Of a stretch of 26,052 nt of DNA, positions 1 to 10,929 are shown in pieces. The notes beneath the pieces were generated by a model that was not told the DNA's origin, did not search any database, and worked only from the letters and a program-made list of their open reading frames with translations. Source of the stretch: Coniocarpon cinnabarinum. Lineage: Eukaryota. The translations under genes and the position numbers were made by a program. The stretch lies in contig JAVECO010000032.1 of the NCBI GenBank assembly GCA_051942205.1, positions 124,001-150,052 on the forward strand. Direction: 5' to 3'. Position 1 is the stretch's first letter. Every line of letters begins with the position of its first letter.

Positions 1-388
1 GATGTCTGAGGTCGTCCGCACTCGTTTTGAGTCTAGAGAAAAATGCTGAGGAAGGTATGCCACGCTGCCGTGTGTTGAAAAGAAGACATGGATGTAGGGC
101 ATGTTGAAAGCCTTCGCTTAACACCATGGACTCCGACCGCGTGAAATAGTTAATGCTAGATGGCTCAACGGAGATTCTGCCCGAGATCGCGACTACATCA
201 TTCGACGTATCTCAGCTCGATAGCATCGATCCTAGCGCTCCTGCTTCGTAAAACCAGAATGCCACATGGCTCCTCTATCGTTGACCACGTTCTCAGCTGC
301 TAAAGCTCAACTATTCGTGTGCGTAACTCAAAGGCCTCCAGTCGTACTTACTGAGACACGACACGTCTCAAACCTTGTGCCTGAAGGA

Positions 389-394
389 TATAAA
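389..394 (+). promoter_or_regulatory. Candidate TATA box for the small ORF at 516
   Basis: TATAAA about 120 nt upstream of ATG 516, followed by a C/A-rich leader typical of fungal 5' UTRs. Confidence 0.35.
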
Positions 395-515
395 TGTACC
401 TTGCGAAGGCCCTGTTTTTTCATTCGGCAACACGATCCACATCTGCATCTCCTTCACGTATTCACAAAGCCGTCAAGAGCTACAAGCCTGATTCTTACTC
501 TAAGCTGCTACACCC

Positions 516-767
516 ATGCCTTTCCCTGACGTGCTTGCTACAGTCGGAGGCATCGTAGGTGCAGGTGGGTCTCTAGCTCTCGATTGTCTGGGGAGAGATG
601 CACTGACAAGTCCAGGCGCCGGCGGGCATGGTGGCGGCGGAGACAAAAACGACGGGTCCAAAAAGGACGGAGGTAAAAATGATGGAGGCAACGGTGGCAA
701 GAATACCGACAACAGCAGCTCTAGTGATAAAAGCGGAGGCAAGCACTCTAGCGACAACTCAAAATGA
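516..767 (+). CDS. Hypothetical 83-aa protein with a hydrophobic Gly-rich N-terminus and G/K/N/D pseudo-repeats
   Basis: ATG-initiated ORF with an upstream TATAAA and strongly non-random composition (VLATVGGIVGAGGSLAL, then GDKND-GSKKD-GGKND-GGNGGKNTD). No family recognised. Confidence 0.5.
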   Translation: MPFPDVLATVGGIVGAGGSLALDCLGRDALTSPGAGGHGGGGDKNDGSKKDGGKNDGGNGGKNTDNSSSSDKSGGKHSSDNSK

Positions 768-1794
768 GGGGTCAAGAGCCAAAGCAATCGACCGAGGTTT
801 TGCCCATGTCGTGATCTGAACGCGTGGCAGGTCTCTCATGTGGTCCAGCCTTGCTGCCAGCAGTGAGATATGGCTTGGCCAGGCGTAGTCTTAAGCTAAG
901 TTCTTCGAATCTTTGAGAACCGAAATATCTTGACCTTGCGACTTGTTCTCGAAGAGAGGTGGAGGCCACGGTCCCAAGCTTCTGGCCTATTGCTTGAGTC
1001 ACGATCGTGAACTTCCAGTAAAAGACATGTGGTCTGAAGAAATACAGAAATGAGGGGATGAGGCACGGCCAGAAGGCCAGTTTTAAACAAGTAGTTGCGT
1101 TAACCATCGTAGACATGGCATGTGTAGCTCCAAGCCTACAGAAGCATTTACTCAGCAGTCTGTGTAACGATGAAATCAAGAACGACGATGCGAGATGGAC
1201 CCGTCGTGGAGTGAAGGAGGTGACCACACGGTCAATGTTGCTAGAGTGAGGCACGCCTACCGTATAGCATTAATCACCATTGTAAAGCTATCTACTAGTT
1301 TACGAAAAGACAGTGCACGACCGTAGCCAACGTGTCTAAACCGTAACAAAGCAATGCAGATTGGCTGGGAGGACGCAAGGCTCCGAGCCAGCAACTTCAG
1401 ATATAAGCTCCCGCTCTAAAGGAGAAAAAGTTCATCAAAACGGGTCTTACTTGAAGAAGTATTGCTGCAGTGTCATACGATGGAGATTTGCTCGAGCAAG
1501 AGATCTTTGTAGCATTGGCATGGTCCGCAATGCCTTCATGAAGCCCTGAAACCAGTGAGCACTGAAAAACATGACTGCTGAATTGCATCTCATGCCAACT
1601 CCATGGCACCTGTCCTTGCGCTCCTCTTTCGTGACAGGGAAAGACTGGCTTTCAAGTAAATAGAAAGACAGTCAGTATTACAGAAATTGTACATAGCTAC
1701 ATGTCAGAAGTAGTCGTGCACCTCTTCCTAGCCGTTCATAAGAAGTGGAGTTCGTTGACGAATACCTAAAAAACACAGGGAAACCGAGGTTTTC

Positions 1795-4700
1795 CTACCT
1801 ATCCCAGAACACAACCAGCTCATCGAAGTCCGACTCCTGAAGAAGCTCAGCGGGTCTCGGATCGTTGTCAACGATGGCACGTCTCAAATTGCAAGCGCGA
1901 ATAGCCATGTTCCTTGCACCCATCGTATCACCATCGATGTAGTATATGTTCGCCGTTCAGTAAGTCACACGAGCCAACGCGGCGCGATACTCAGGGTGTT
2001 TGCAGTACGCCTCGTACGCGTGCTCGAGTTGCGATCTGTTCGCGCATGAGATCGGTATTGTGCATCTGCAGAGGTCGTAGGACTTACCGAGCCTCGTCAT
2101 ATTCTTCACATGCCAGATGCAGCACTGACAGTTTGAACGCAGTCTTGGCTGTCTCGGGGTGGAAGGCGCCCAGGGTCTTTTGGAATATTCCCTTCGCTCT
2201 GGTCATATAGGTAAAGCTTTCGTTTAAAAAGTTTTCTGGATAGGTGCCGAGCTGGTACTGCTTATAGCGGACATCTCCAAGCTGATAAAGTAACGTGGCA
2301 GTCTTGACCAATCAGTACATCTCATGCTAGCGATAGAATCCGCATACTGACCGAGCACCTTGATTTTCATCCGACCCATAAGCAGACCGCTGGTGTTCCA
2401 ATGCTGACTCAAGGTGAGTTGTGGCCTCCTCAAATTTCGATTGGATCAAGTAGTACAAGCCCATTTGATGCAACGGATTAAATAACTGAACGGGGTTGAA
2501 GCCACTCAGTTGCTTTCTCATATTGATCGATTTGTCGAGCAAGTCTGGTACCGGACTCACGATACCGTTCATCATGTAGGCGCGAGCGAGCTCGCTGTAA
2601 GAAGCAGCGACTGTTCTCGTTGGAACATTATCCTTGGCGTATAGCTCTTGAGTTAATCTGTAAAAGGTCTGCGTGTGTAGGAGCGCTATATCGGGCGGCC
2701 CGATTTCGAACGCGATAGCTCCACGTGTACTGTGTATGGATGCCAGAACGTCCTTCATATCGTCATGCGAAATCTCCTGGACGTCGAGCGCTCGTTGGAA
2801 GAAATCAAGGCTTGCTGGAATGTCTGATCGGCCACGTTCGTACCTGTGCAGAGCATTAACGTGAATTATCGAACGTGTTTGCTGAACTTACCAGGCGGCT
2901 TCAGCCAGGAGACTAACGAACTCGGCCGTGGCGCAGGCAGTTTGTAGGGGTCGTTCGAGCTTGTCAAATATTTTCCAGACGCTCTCGACATGATGCACAA
3001 GCTCATTACACTGCTCGGCCACACTCATACCATTCAAGCCATCCATGCGCTGCATAGAATAGCCCTCCAATCGTGGTATGATAGTGCATGGCCACACTGT
3101 ACATATCAATTGTACGGCGGCGTTAAAATCATGATCAAATGTCTGCAAGGACTCCATAACCTCTGATCTCACAACGTCTTGAACGAGAGGATGGATCGAC
3201 AATTCCTGCTTCTCTGGTATGCGTCGAACCAGTGAGCCCTTAAATAACTCCTCTAAGCACTCCGTGTATGTACTCGCCGAGTCTGGAAAGCTGCTCCAAT
3301 GAAGCTTCTGAGGGTTTGTCGTGAGTATGACCTCAGGGATGCAATGGTGATCGAGGAAGGACATGATTCTGATGAGAGCCTGACACTCCGAGGATAAGCC
3401 CCCCGACGAGAAATGTTGAGCTGACATGATCTGTTCCAAGGTGAGTCGATATCCTTGCAAATGGAAAGTTCGCTTCTTGTAAAATCTCATGCGCTTGTTG
3501 TCTTTCCTCCAGGTCTCTAGGAAGTGTGAGAGTGAGGCCTGTTGTCTGGAGATGATCCCAGCAATTTGCACGATGGCAAGAGGGTAGCAATGGAGTTCTT
3601 GCGCGATTAACTTCGCACAAGTGAGTGTCTCAGCGTCTTGCGAAGCACCTGCTTGCTGTAACAATAGTTGTGCGCTATGTTCAACCGTCAAAGAACTGAG
3701 ATCTGTTTTCGGCCCCTCGAACAGCTCTCTATATCCTGCGAGTGGATCACGAGTAATGACCAGCACCGATCCTTTTCCGTTCTTGGGCCAGAAGTCATGT
3801 AAGTCATCGAGGTCATCAGCACCATCCAGTATTAGAAGCCAGGTGACAGGTGTATCGTTCTCTCGCCCTCGTGGGTTGCTGAGCCAGCTTTTAAGTATGT
3901 CCACGATTTGGTAATCGGTGAGCTCCTCTTCACCTCCCGTGAGCCCGAGTGCGGACGCGAACTCAACATAACCTTGCTTGAGTTTCTCTCTCGAGCCCGC
4001 TTGGATCCACGCGACTGCCTGGAAGTCATGCTGATACTGAGACGCGAATTGTATAGCAATCTGTGTCTTTCCTACACCACCGGGACCAAAGATCGTGTAG
4101 CGCTTGGGATTCTTGAGAGAGAACCACTGAGAGATACTGGACGGCTCTCCCATCTGCAGTCCATTTAATAGGATCTTCTCGACTTGATAAAGGATGTCTG
4201 TCCGTCCAAAGAGCTTGGAGTCGGGTATGACAGACTTAGTGAGGCGACACGGCAATTTGGTCGCTACATGTCGCCGCATGTCTGACTCACTCATCACGAC
4301 ATCTACAAAGCTTTCGGCGTCCTTGCCAGATCGCATTGGTGACAGCGATGACAAACTGTTTTTCGAAGTTTGTGTATCTCTGGAGGATCGGTTTGTAGAG
4401 CGACCTTATGGAACGATGTCAGATTTGTCAACAGTCAATGATTACTATGACCTACCTGAGCTAGCTGGGCTTGAGTATCTCTCATTGAAAAGGCTGCTGT
4501 GTGAGCGAACGCCTGGTTTGATCCGTACTAGCCAATAGTTAGATATGTGAGAGGTGAGCCACAATAGTCATTGCATACTTTCGAGTTACTTTTGACATTT
4601 GAGTCTTGAGATAGCTGATGGCATGACTCTTTCCAAAAATGCGAGTATTGATTTATAGGTACCAGAGCTCGGAGTGAAGAAAATCTGGCTGAGCTCGACG

Positions 4701-5644
4701 TCGATGGCAACAAACTCCTCTTTAAGATTCATGTTCACCAAGTCTTTGTCAGCTAGCTGTGGCACCGTTCAGTACATGATGGGCGTTTCTTGGGTCGATT
4801 CACATACTATTGCCCTCTCGCTGTCCCACATCTGACCAAATACACCCTTACGCCTAAGCTTCGCGCACTTTGTTTCGTAGCATGAGAGGATAGACGTGTA
4901 AGTGCTCATTTCTTCAAACCGCCGGGAGATGTTTGCAATATTGTGAAGATCCATTGAGAAGAATCGATCTTTCGGCCTATGCTTGAGACTTCCCTGAAGG
5001 AATCGAGTGAAGAACTTCTCTACGCTTGTGTCCACCTCGTCGTAATGAGGAGTTGCCATGAAGATGAAGCCGGAAATCGTGTCAACCAAATCTTTGAATC
5101 TAGTGATCTGGTCGCGAGCTTTGCCCAGCATCTACCGAAGATTAGAAGTCAATGATTTAGTGTGGTCTTTGGACAGCCTTACGTCCTTCAGGACAATGCC
5201 AGCCAAACCAATTGCACAGAACACTAGAGGCCGCATTTCGCCCTGGAAGCTCGTTAACAGAATGTTCCATTGAATCTTGGAGACTCACCTTCATTGCTTC
5301 ATGGTAGTGCCATATCGCTGTCAAGAGATCTTTGCCGCGCTCTGAAATCTGGGTCGAGATGTGCTGCTGAGTGGCACACAGCTGCACATCATAATGGAGC
5401 ACGCATGATTCTTTTGGGACTGCTTGTTCGATGCCAAGCAATCGGTGTGTTTGCCATGGGGATTGCTGTTCCGTTGTTGGACCGGTGAGTCCGTGCACGA
5501 AGATCAAGCTTCCGTTCAGGTTCAACGAGTGTATTGATTGGGATGTCGATATGCTTACTCAAGCCCTTGAGACCCACTTGTCCGCCAGTCTAGTATCTTT
5601 CCAAGTCTCTTTTTATCGTCCCTTAAGGTTGGCGGTAGCTCCAT
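1795..5644 (-). CDS. Fungal NLR: SesB-like alpha/beta-hydrolase + NB-ARC + TPR. Two in-frame stops, so possibly a pseudogene or split gene
   Basis: Hand-built model: complement(join(1795..2035,2088..2302,2348..2843,2892..4404,4456..4527,4579..4756,4808..5131,5183..5242,5289..5508,5559..5644)), about 1134 codons. All nine introns are GT..AG, 45-52 nt, with consistent phases. Hydrolase-fold motifs DLIFVHGL, RPLVF..GIVLKD, FIFMATPH, SCYET. Walker A GPGGVGKT, Walker B WLLILDGADD, sensor VLVITRD, YPLAIVQIA and IHPLVQ. TPR-like helices (TLGAFHPETAK) and C-terminus DFDELVVFWDR. In-frame TAA at 4586-4588 and TGA at 1957-1959. Confidence 0.85.
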
Positions 5645-6738
5645 CGTTCGAGCTGCGTGCGGGTGGGAAGCGTATTTATCATCGAACTGTGCAACCAAGC
5701 AGAGAATGTGTTGAGCCGACGCGTGGCGCTGGCGTTACGGAGCCTTCTTGCCCAACTTGAATGTCGCCGTGAACCTTTCCCAAACGGGGTGATCAGGTTC
5801 TTGAGCTGTATCATCGTCTCAGTTCTTGGTCCCACACCACTAAAGAGATTTGCAAATGCACGCACTGTTTCGCACTGAGTGCGACCCCCGAGGCGACTTG
5901 CTCTGCGCAATCCAGCACACGGACAGTTGGCTTGCACTAGTGGAAGCTAGCCGCATGCGGAGAAGTAGTCTGGAGATGAAGGTGGAGCCACGGACGCAAA
6001 GCCGAAACCTTCGTCCCCTATACGCATGAAATAGACAATAAAGTTTGGGGTAGCGGCGTTTCACTTTGCGTTTAAACACTTCTGCCCGACGCCATGATGC
6101 CTTGGGAAACTAGTGTCTTGGCGTCATCCCCAGACATCTTACAGCCTCCAGCCTATCATCGTCCGGTGCGTGGACTCTGATAAGGCTTGTGCGGGGAAGT
6201 GGGGAGGAGGCTCAATGTCGCTCTGTCCACTTGCTCTCTCCTTGCCACGCCGCTTACTTTCCACGGCGAGGCGACCATAGTTGCAAAGTTGCCACCCTTG
6301 GACTGCTGATATCAAACATTCCCTTTCGTGCACCATATGGAGTCCGACTCGCGGATTCGACCATGGCAGCAAGAGTCTGCCTGTGCGGGTGAGCTGGACT
6401 GCCCACCCGTCATCAGACATTGCAATAGCGCATGCTGTGGTGGCGTTCAACCCTCCAACGGCGTCAGTCTCGCCACTATGAATCGAGTTGTCAAGTAGGC
6501 TCTCCTGTGCTCAGCTACGTAGAAGATCCTCAATTGAACTAACCAAACATCATGAAAGCTCAAGTGACTCAAGCCAAGCATCCAGAGTCATTCCCAAGAC
6601 TGTGTTTCCAAATTTCTCCAGAGCGTCCTCCAAATGACAGCAAAGACACAAGACGATCTGGGAAGGGTCACCATGTCATTCGGAACGAGCGAGGGCGAAA
6701 GTCTTGTGCAAAGTGCTTGGTCCACGGTACAAAGGGCG

Positions 6739-7798
6739 TCAAACCTCATCAAAGAAAGCGAGTGCTCGAACTTCGATGCTTTCTCGGAGGAACGGGTTGC
6801 TGGGATCCTGTGTAGGGTATGGAAAGGACGTATGAGGGACGGCTGTACACTTGTGTTAGTATAGAAATAAACACACTGGTCACGGAGTGGTGTACCGGGC
6901 TTCTGGGCCGAGTCTACCTGCCGAAAAACGAGTAGTTCGTGGGTTTCTTGATTGCTCAAGTAATACGACTTATGTGCTGGACTGAAGTGCACTTGTACAT
7001 TTTCGACAACATTTCTCTCACTAAACACGTAGTCCATGGTTGTGAGGTCTTTGACAGGATCTGTAGATGAAGCGTCACACAGGGCAAGCGGCCAGTCGTA
7101 CACAGGACCTTTCAACGGTTTCCAAACACTGAGTATATGAGCGCTCGACTCTTGCTTGCTCTACGCAGCAAATTCATCTAAACTTACTTGACATACACGA
7201 AACGTCCATTGAGAAGTTGCTCTGCCTTATCCCCATTTGTGTTCTTGATCAGGTCTACAATGGCATCGTGGGACGAGTCTAGTCTGCTTTCAGTATCCCA
7301 AGTGTCGGCAGGAGGTGAAGCCATACCGATATGAACTTGTCTAGTGGGTTGACTACGGTCTGATATCTTTCGGGACGATGGAAAACATACATCGCGCCTG
7401 CGAATCTGCAGTCCATGAGCGACATGCTCATATTTTCTGAACAAGTGGTTGCGTACAGCCATATCAAAGACCTGAACCGATGACGCCCCTAGAAGCTTGA
7501 TCAAACAAGCTCCGACTTCTGTACAGTAGATCTCTTCGACTTTCTTGGGATCGCAATAATCTTCATATTGCATCGCGCTGTGCATATGTGCAACCCCAAA
7601 CCCTTTTTGGTCAAAATCGATCTCATCTTCGCGACCTCTGATGTCGTAAACTGAAATTTCTGGGGTGGTATATGGCACAAGATTATGATGATGGCTCGTG
7701 TCTGACATGTAGTTCAGTAAATAGGGCTTAACACGGGTGTAGAGCTCCTCTCTCGCAAGGTACTGCAGAGTGACTTTGACATCTTGCCCCTCGCACAT
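6739..7798 (-). CDS. CmcJ/AsaB/NvfI-family oxidoreductase (putative non-heme Fe oxygenase), about 282 aa
   Basis: complement(join(6739..6842,6896..7128,7188..7278,7327..7405,7457..7798)). Splicing restores the family motifs DIRG, VFD.AIRRR, VHID, NVWKPLKGPVYDWPLALCDAS, VPHTSF and RESIEVRAL. Confidence 0.88.
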
Positions 7799-7960
7799 GT
7801 CGAGTGTCTCTTGCTGGCTTATTCATATAGCAACAATCACGTGTATCAGCCAATTTTGGGTATCAAGAAGCCTCCTTTTTCGCTTTGTAGTCTGGACTGA
7901 TGAACGTGACCTCGAAATCGACGTTGCGCAAGGGCGATTTTGTGAGACGCAATGCCCAGC

Positions 7961-7967
7961 TATAAAA
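7961..7967 (+). promoter_or_regulatory. Candidate TATA box in the divergent oxygenase/CorA intergenic region
   Basis: TATAAAA inside the 439-nt gap between the divergent ATGs at 7798 (-) and 8238 (+). Confidence 0.25.
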
Positions 7968-8237
7968 GGCAAGTACTTAGGTACTAACACTTTCATGATG
8001 TCACCGTCAGGACTCACCGAAGTGCTATCTTGCAGCGAGTCGGTGTACCTCTTGGTGGTGGGTAGAACCTCAGCCTTGTACGTGTAGAAGAATGCAAAGC
8101 CTCAAATCTCGCGTCTCCGCTATTATGTTCATCTGAAAGTAGATGTTGGACGCTTGTAACACAGCCTTCAGCTAGTACGACCTTCGATGTCTGGCGGCCT
8201 GGCGGTACCATACTGTCTAAATGGTTGAAATTAAAGT

Positions 8238-10092
8238 ATGATGGCTGCTAGCTCGGATGGCATCGTTGTTGGAAATGACCCTTATGTACGCTCGTTCAAT
8301 CCAGATACCCGACAACCGGGACCATTGCCTTACTGTGAGTATTCTCATGACTGCGGACCTAGTTCTTCCGATATATGTGAACTCGGTAAAAGCATGCATG
8401 TGAGATGGTTTAGCGCCTGCTCTGATCGTTGATATCTATCGCTCTAGTGACGGCTAGAGAATACGCACTGAATGTTCTCGAGCATTCCCAGACTACAGCG
8501 CAAAATTCTTTATATCAAGGTCAGAGATATTCGAGACTGGCGCATTTGCTTGACTCGGCCTTCGACACATATACACCAAAGTCACAAGTATCGACAAATT
8601 GCCTGTCCGTCCGTGTCGCAGAGCGACCTGGCTTTGGCGACTTTATTTGGTCTTATCGATTGAATGGCGAATCTCCTAGTTTGATGAGCGTAACTTCTGT
8701 TGAAGGACTCGCCAAAGACTGTAGCGACCGCTCCAATGGCACGCTAGTGTTTCTTCGCGGTTATCCATCTTGGAGATTGCTCAACGACCTCGGATCCAAT
8801 TTCAAAGTGGACCCTGAATTTTATCATCGCCATCTGAGCTTTCTTCCCGGAGACAAAGGTCTAGAAACGAGTCGACAACTGAGACTGCCAAGCCGGACAA
8901 GATATATTTATGGCACGACTGTGACCTCGGTGGGTAGGCAAGATACCTCTGTCAGTGTGGACCCGGTAGCCAGGAGAGCCTTTACCGAGAAACAAATGAA
9001 AAAATATACCCAGAGCTTGAGGAAGGCGGACGGCTGGAATGCCGGAGACTCGATCGTGCGTGACTTCTCGGCGCTTGATGGAGAGGAGTTCAGCATTGAC
9101 CAAGCCATCACAATCTACGTCTCGAGGCAAGACTCTGGAAACAACCAGGAGAAATGGATGGGTGAGTAGCACCTTTGAATCCTCTGCCAAGCGTTAACAT
9201 TACCCTAGTTTTCGTCTGGATTGACTCCGCAAAAGATCTGTCTAAAAGTCCGTTTGGTCCATGGCTACCCAGGCTTCAAGATGCTTTGATGACGACCTTC
9301 TACCCGGTCAATCTTCACAAACCTGGAATCGCTTTGAGACATCATCACATGCCAGACGACCTGCCAACTCCCGTGGATTCTGGGACAACATTGTTCCAGA
9401 GCCTTTCCTTGCTACCGAGGTCCTACGGCCAGTCTTTGCGACCTACTGTTATGCAATCAGATGCTTTTTATAGCTTGCACGAACTCTTCGCCTTCATCGC
9501 ATCCTCCGAGTTGCGATTCTTGAGCTCTATCACAACCAAGTTAGAGGCTTGTTTCCGCGCTCGTATGAGCGATGATGCCAAGCATTCTCTCCTCACCCAG
9601 AGGAATCTCGGATATTATCATTACCTGCTCGGGACACATTTTGCCAGAACACAGCAAACACTCAACTTCATCAAAAGCAGAGATACCCTCGAATGGCCTA
9701 AATCTCACACTGAAGTTGCGGAGCTTGCAGCAGCGAGGCTTGAGCGCGACTTCGAGTACCTCTTGGAAGAGACAAGGCTGCTTCAAGGTAGATGCAAGAG
9801 CGAAATGGACATGCTGACCAACGATGCTGCCATGGCAGAAGCTCGAAGAAATCTTGAGCAGGGTCAAAAGGCAACCAAGTTGACAGTTCTAGCAACCATA
9901 TTCATTCCTCTTGCTTTCACCTCTTCGCTTTTTGGAATGAACTTTGTTACGTTCTCCAGTAACACACGCGGACTGTGGGTCTGGAGCATTGTCACTCTGC
10001 CTACTTTTCTTCTCTCGCTGCTGGTTATTACATGGGATAAGCAACGTGCACTTGACTTTTTTGTATCAGCCCAGCAATTTTTTTGGAGGTAG
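8238..10092 (+). CDS. CorA-like Mg2+ transporter-domain membrane protein with a long soluble N-terminus, about 564 aa
   Basis: join(8238..8334,8448..9161,9209..10092), with GTGAGT donors, TAG acceptors and consistent phases. A coiled stalk precedes KLTVLATIFIPLAFTSSLFGMNF (TM1 plus the GMN signature) and a second TM (LWVWSIVTLPTFLLSLLVI). Exon 1 is the least certain part. Confidence 0.8.
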
Positions 10093-10929
10093 CGAAAAGC
10101 TCGTTCAGAAGCGTCTATGTATTAGTAGTGTGTGTGTGGATAAGAGTAACTCCGATTAGACTGCATGGAGAGGCAGTGCAAAATTCGCTTGATCTTCAGC
10201 AAGCCTGGGCTTGAGTTCAACGACGAAGTCTTGCCGGCAAAGGAGATTCACGGCTCATGTTTTGTTTGAGGTTTCCATAACGATCCATCTCTCTTCACTG
10301 CTTGATACTGGGCTGGACCATCTGCTGAGGTTGATGACAGGTTTTTATTGGGTCTGGAAGACACGATTGACGAGACAAGGTTTCTTGGTCGGCATCTCCA
10401 CCGGGACTTGGAGCACGATGACTTGGAAGGCTGGACAAAAAGTATGTCAGATTCGAAGACCAACATCAGGGGCATGCATAATAAAGCTCTCACAAACCTT
10501 CCTGGCTTTCCCTCGTCTGACAGATGCGTCACCCCAATGAACTCCCGCCTGTCATCCTTCAGCACGACCAATTGAGATATCTGTGCCAAGGTGCAGAGAC
10601 ACTGCGACGCAAGTTCCCGTGTGTACCTGCTTCGTCCCCTTTGCCCGCCACGCGCTTTGATCCTTGCAAGATCACGCGTATCCGAACGCCACAACTGAAG
10701 TTGCACAGCCACAAGGCAGTAATAGATCCTTACACGATGAGAGAATAGTCATGCTCTACGGTCAATCGGGCCTGCCAGCTGCTGGTATCGCTTTGATGGC
10801 TGAGATCCAGACTAATGCACAAAGTGTTTATCCAAGTACAACCTGATAGGTGGGAGAGATACTGTGCTCAACGTCTCCTGATAGTCTTTGAGTGCTCGGA
10901 CTTGACAAGAAAGAAGCCCACGCAGCGCA

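Noticed and set aside
772..1750. 160-aa minus-strand ORF (772-1254) and short ORFs between the small gene and the NLR
   Set aside because: No recognisable motifs or coherent splice model; probably UTR or intergenic.
1778..1795. Imperfect hairpin GGAAACC-GA-GGTTTTCC at the NLR stop
   Set aside because: Short and imperfect, and intrinsic terminators do not apply to a fungal Pol II gene.
1795..2843. Possible hypervariable, high-identity TPR repeat array in the NLR sensor
   Set aside because: The TPR units are divergent and interrupted by introns; no near-identical DNA repeats are visible.
5559..5644. N-terminal amyloid signalling motif on the NLR
   Set aside because: Exon 1 encodes a charged peptide with no N/Q/G-rich HET-s, PP or sigma pattern.
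5650..6730. Several 65-110 aa ORFs between the NLR and the oxygenase
   Set aside because: Mostly non-ATG starts, overlapping on both strands, with no motifs.
10200..10850. Protein-like fragment YWAGPSAEVDDRFLLGLEDTIDETRF..., a possible gene relic
   Set aside because: The frame is broken by several stops, and the faint UstYa-like resemblance lacks the HxxHC motifs. A translated search would be needed.
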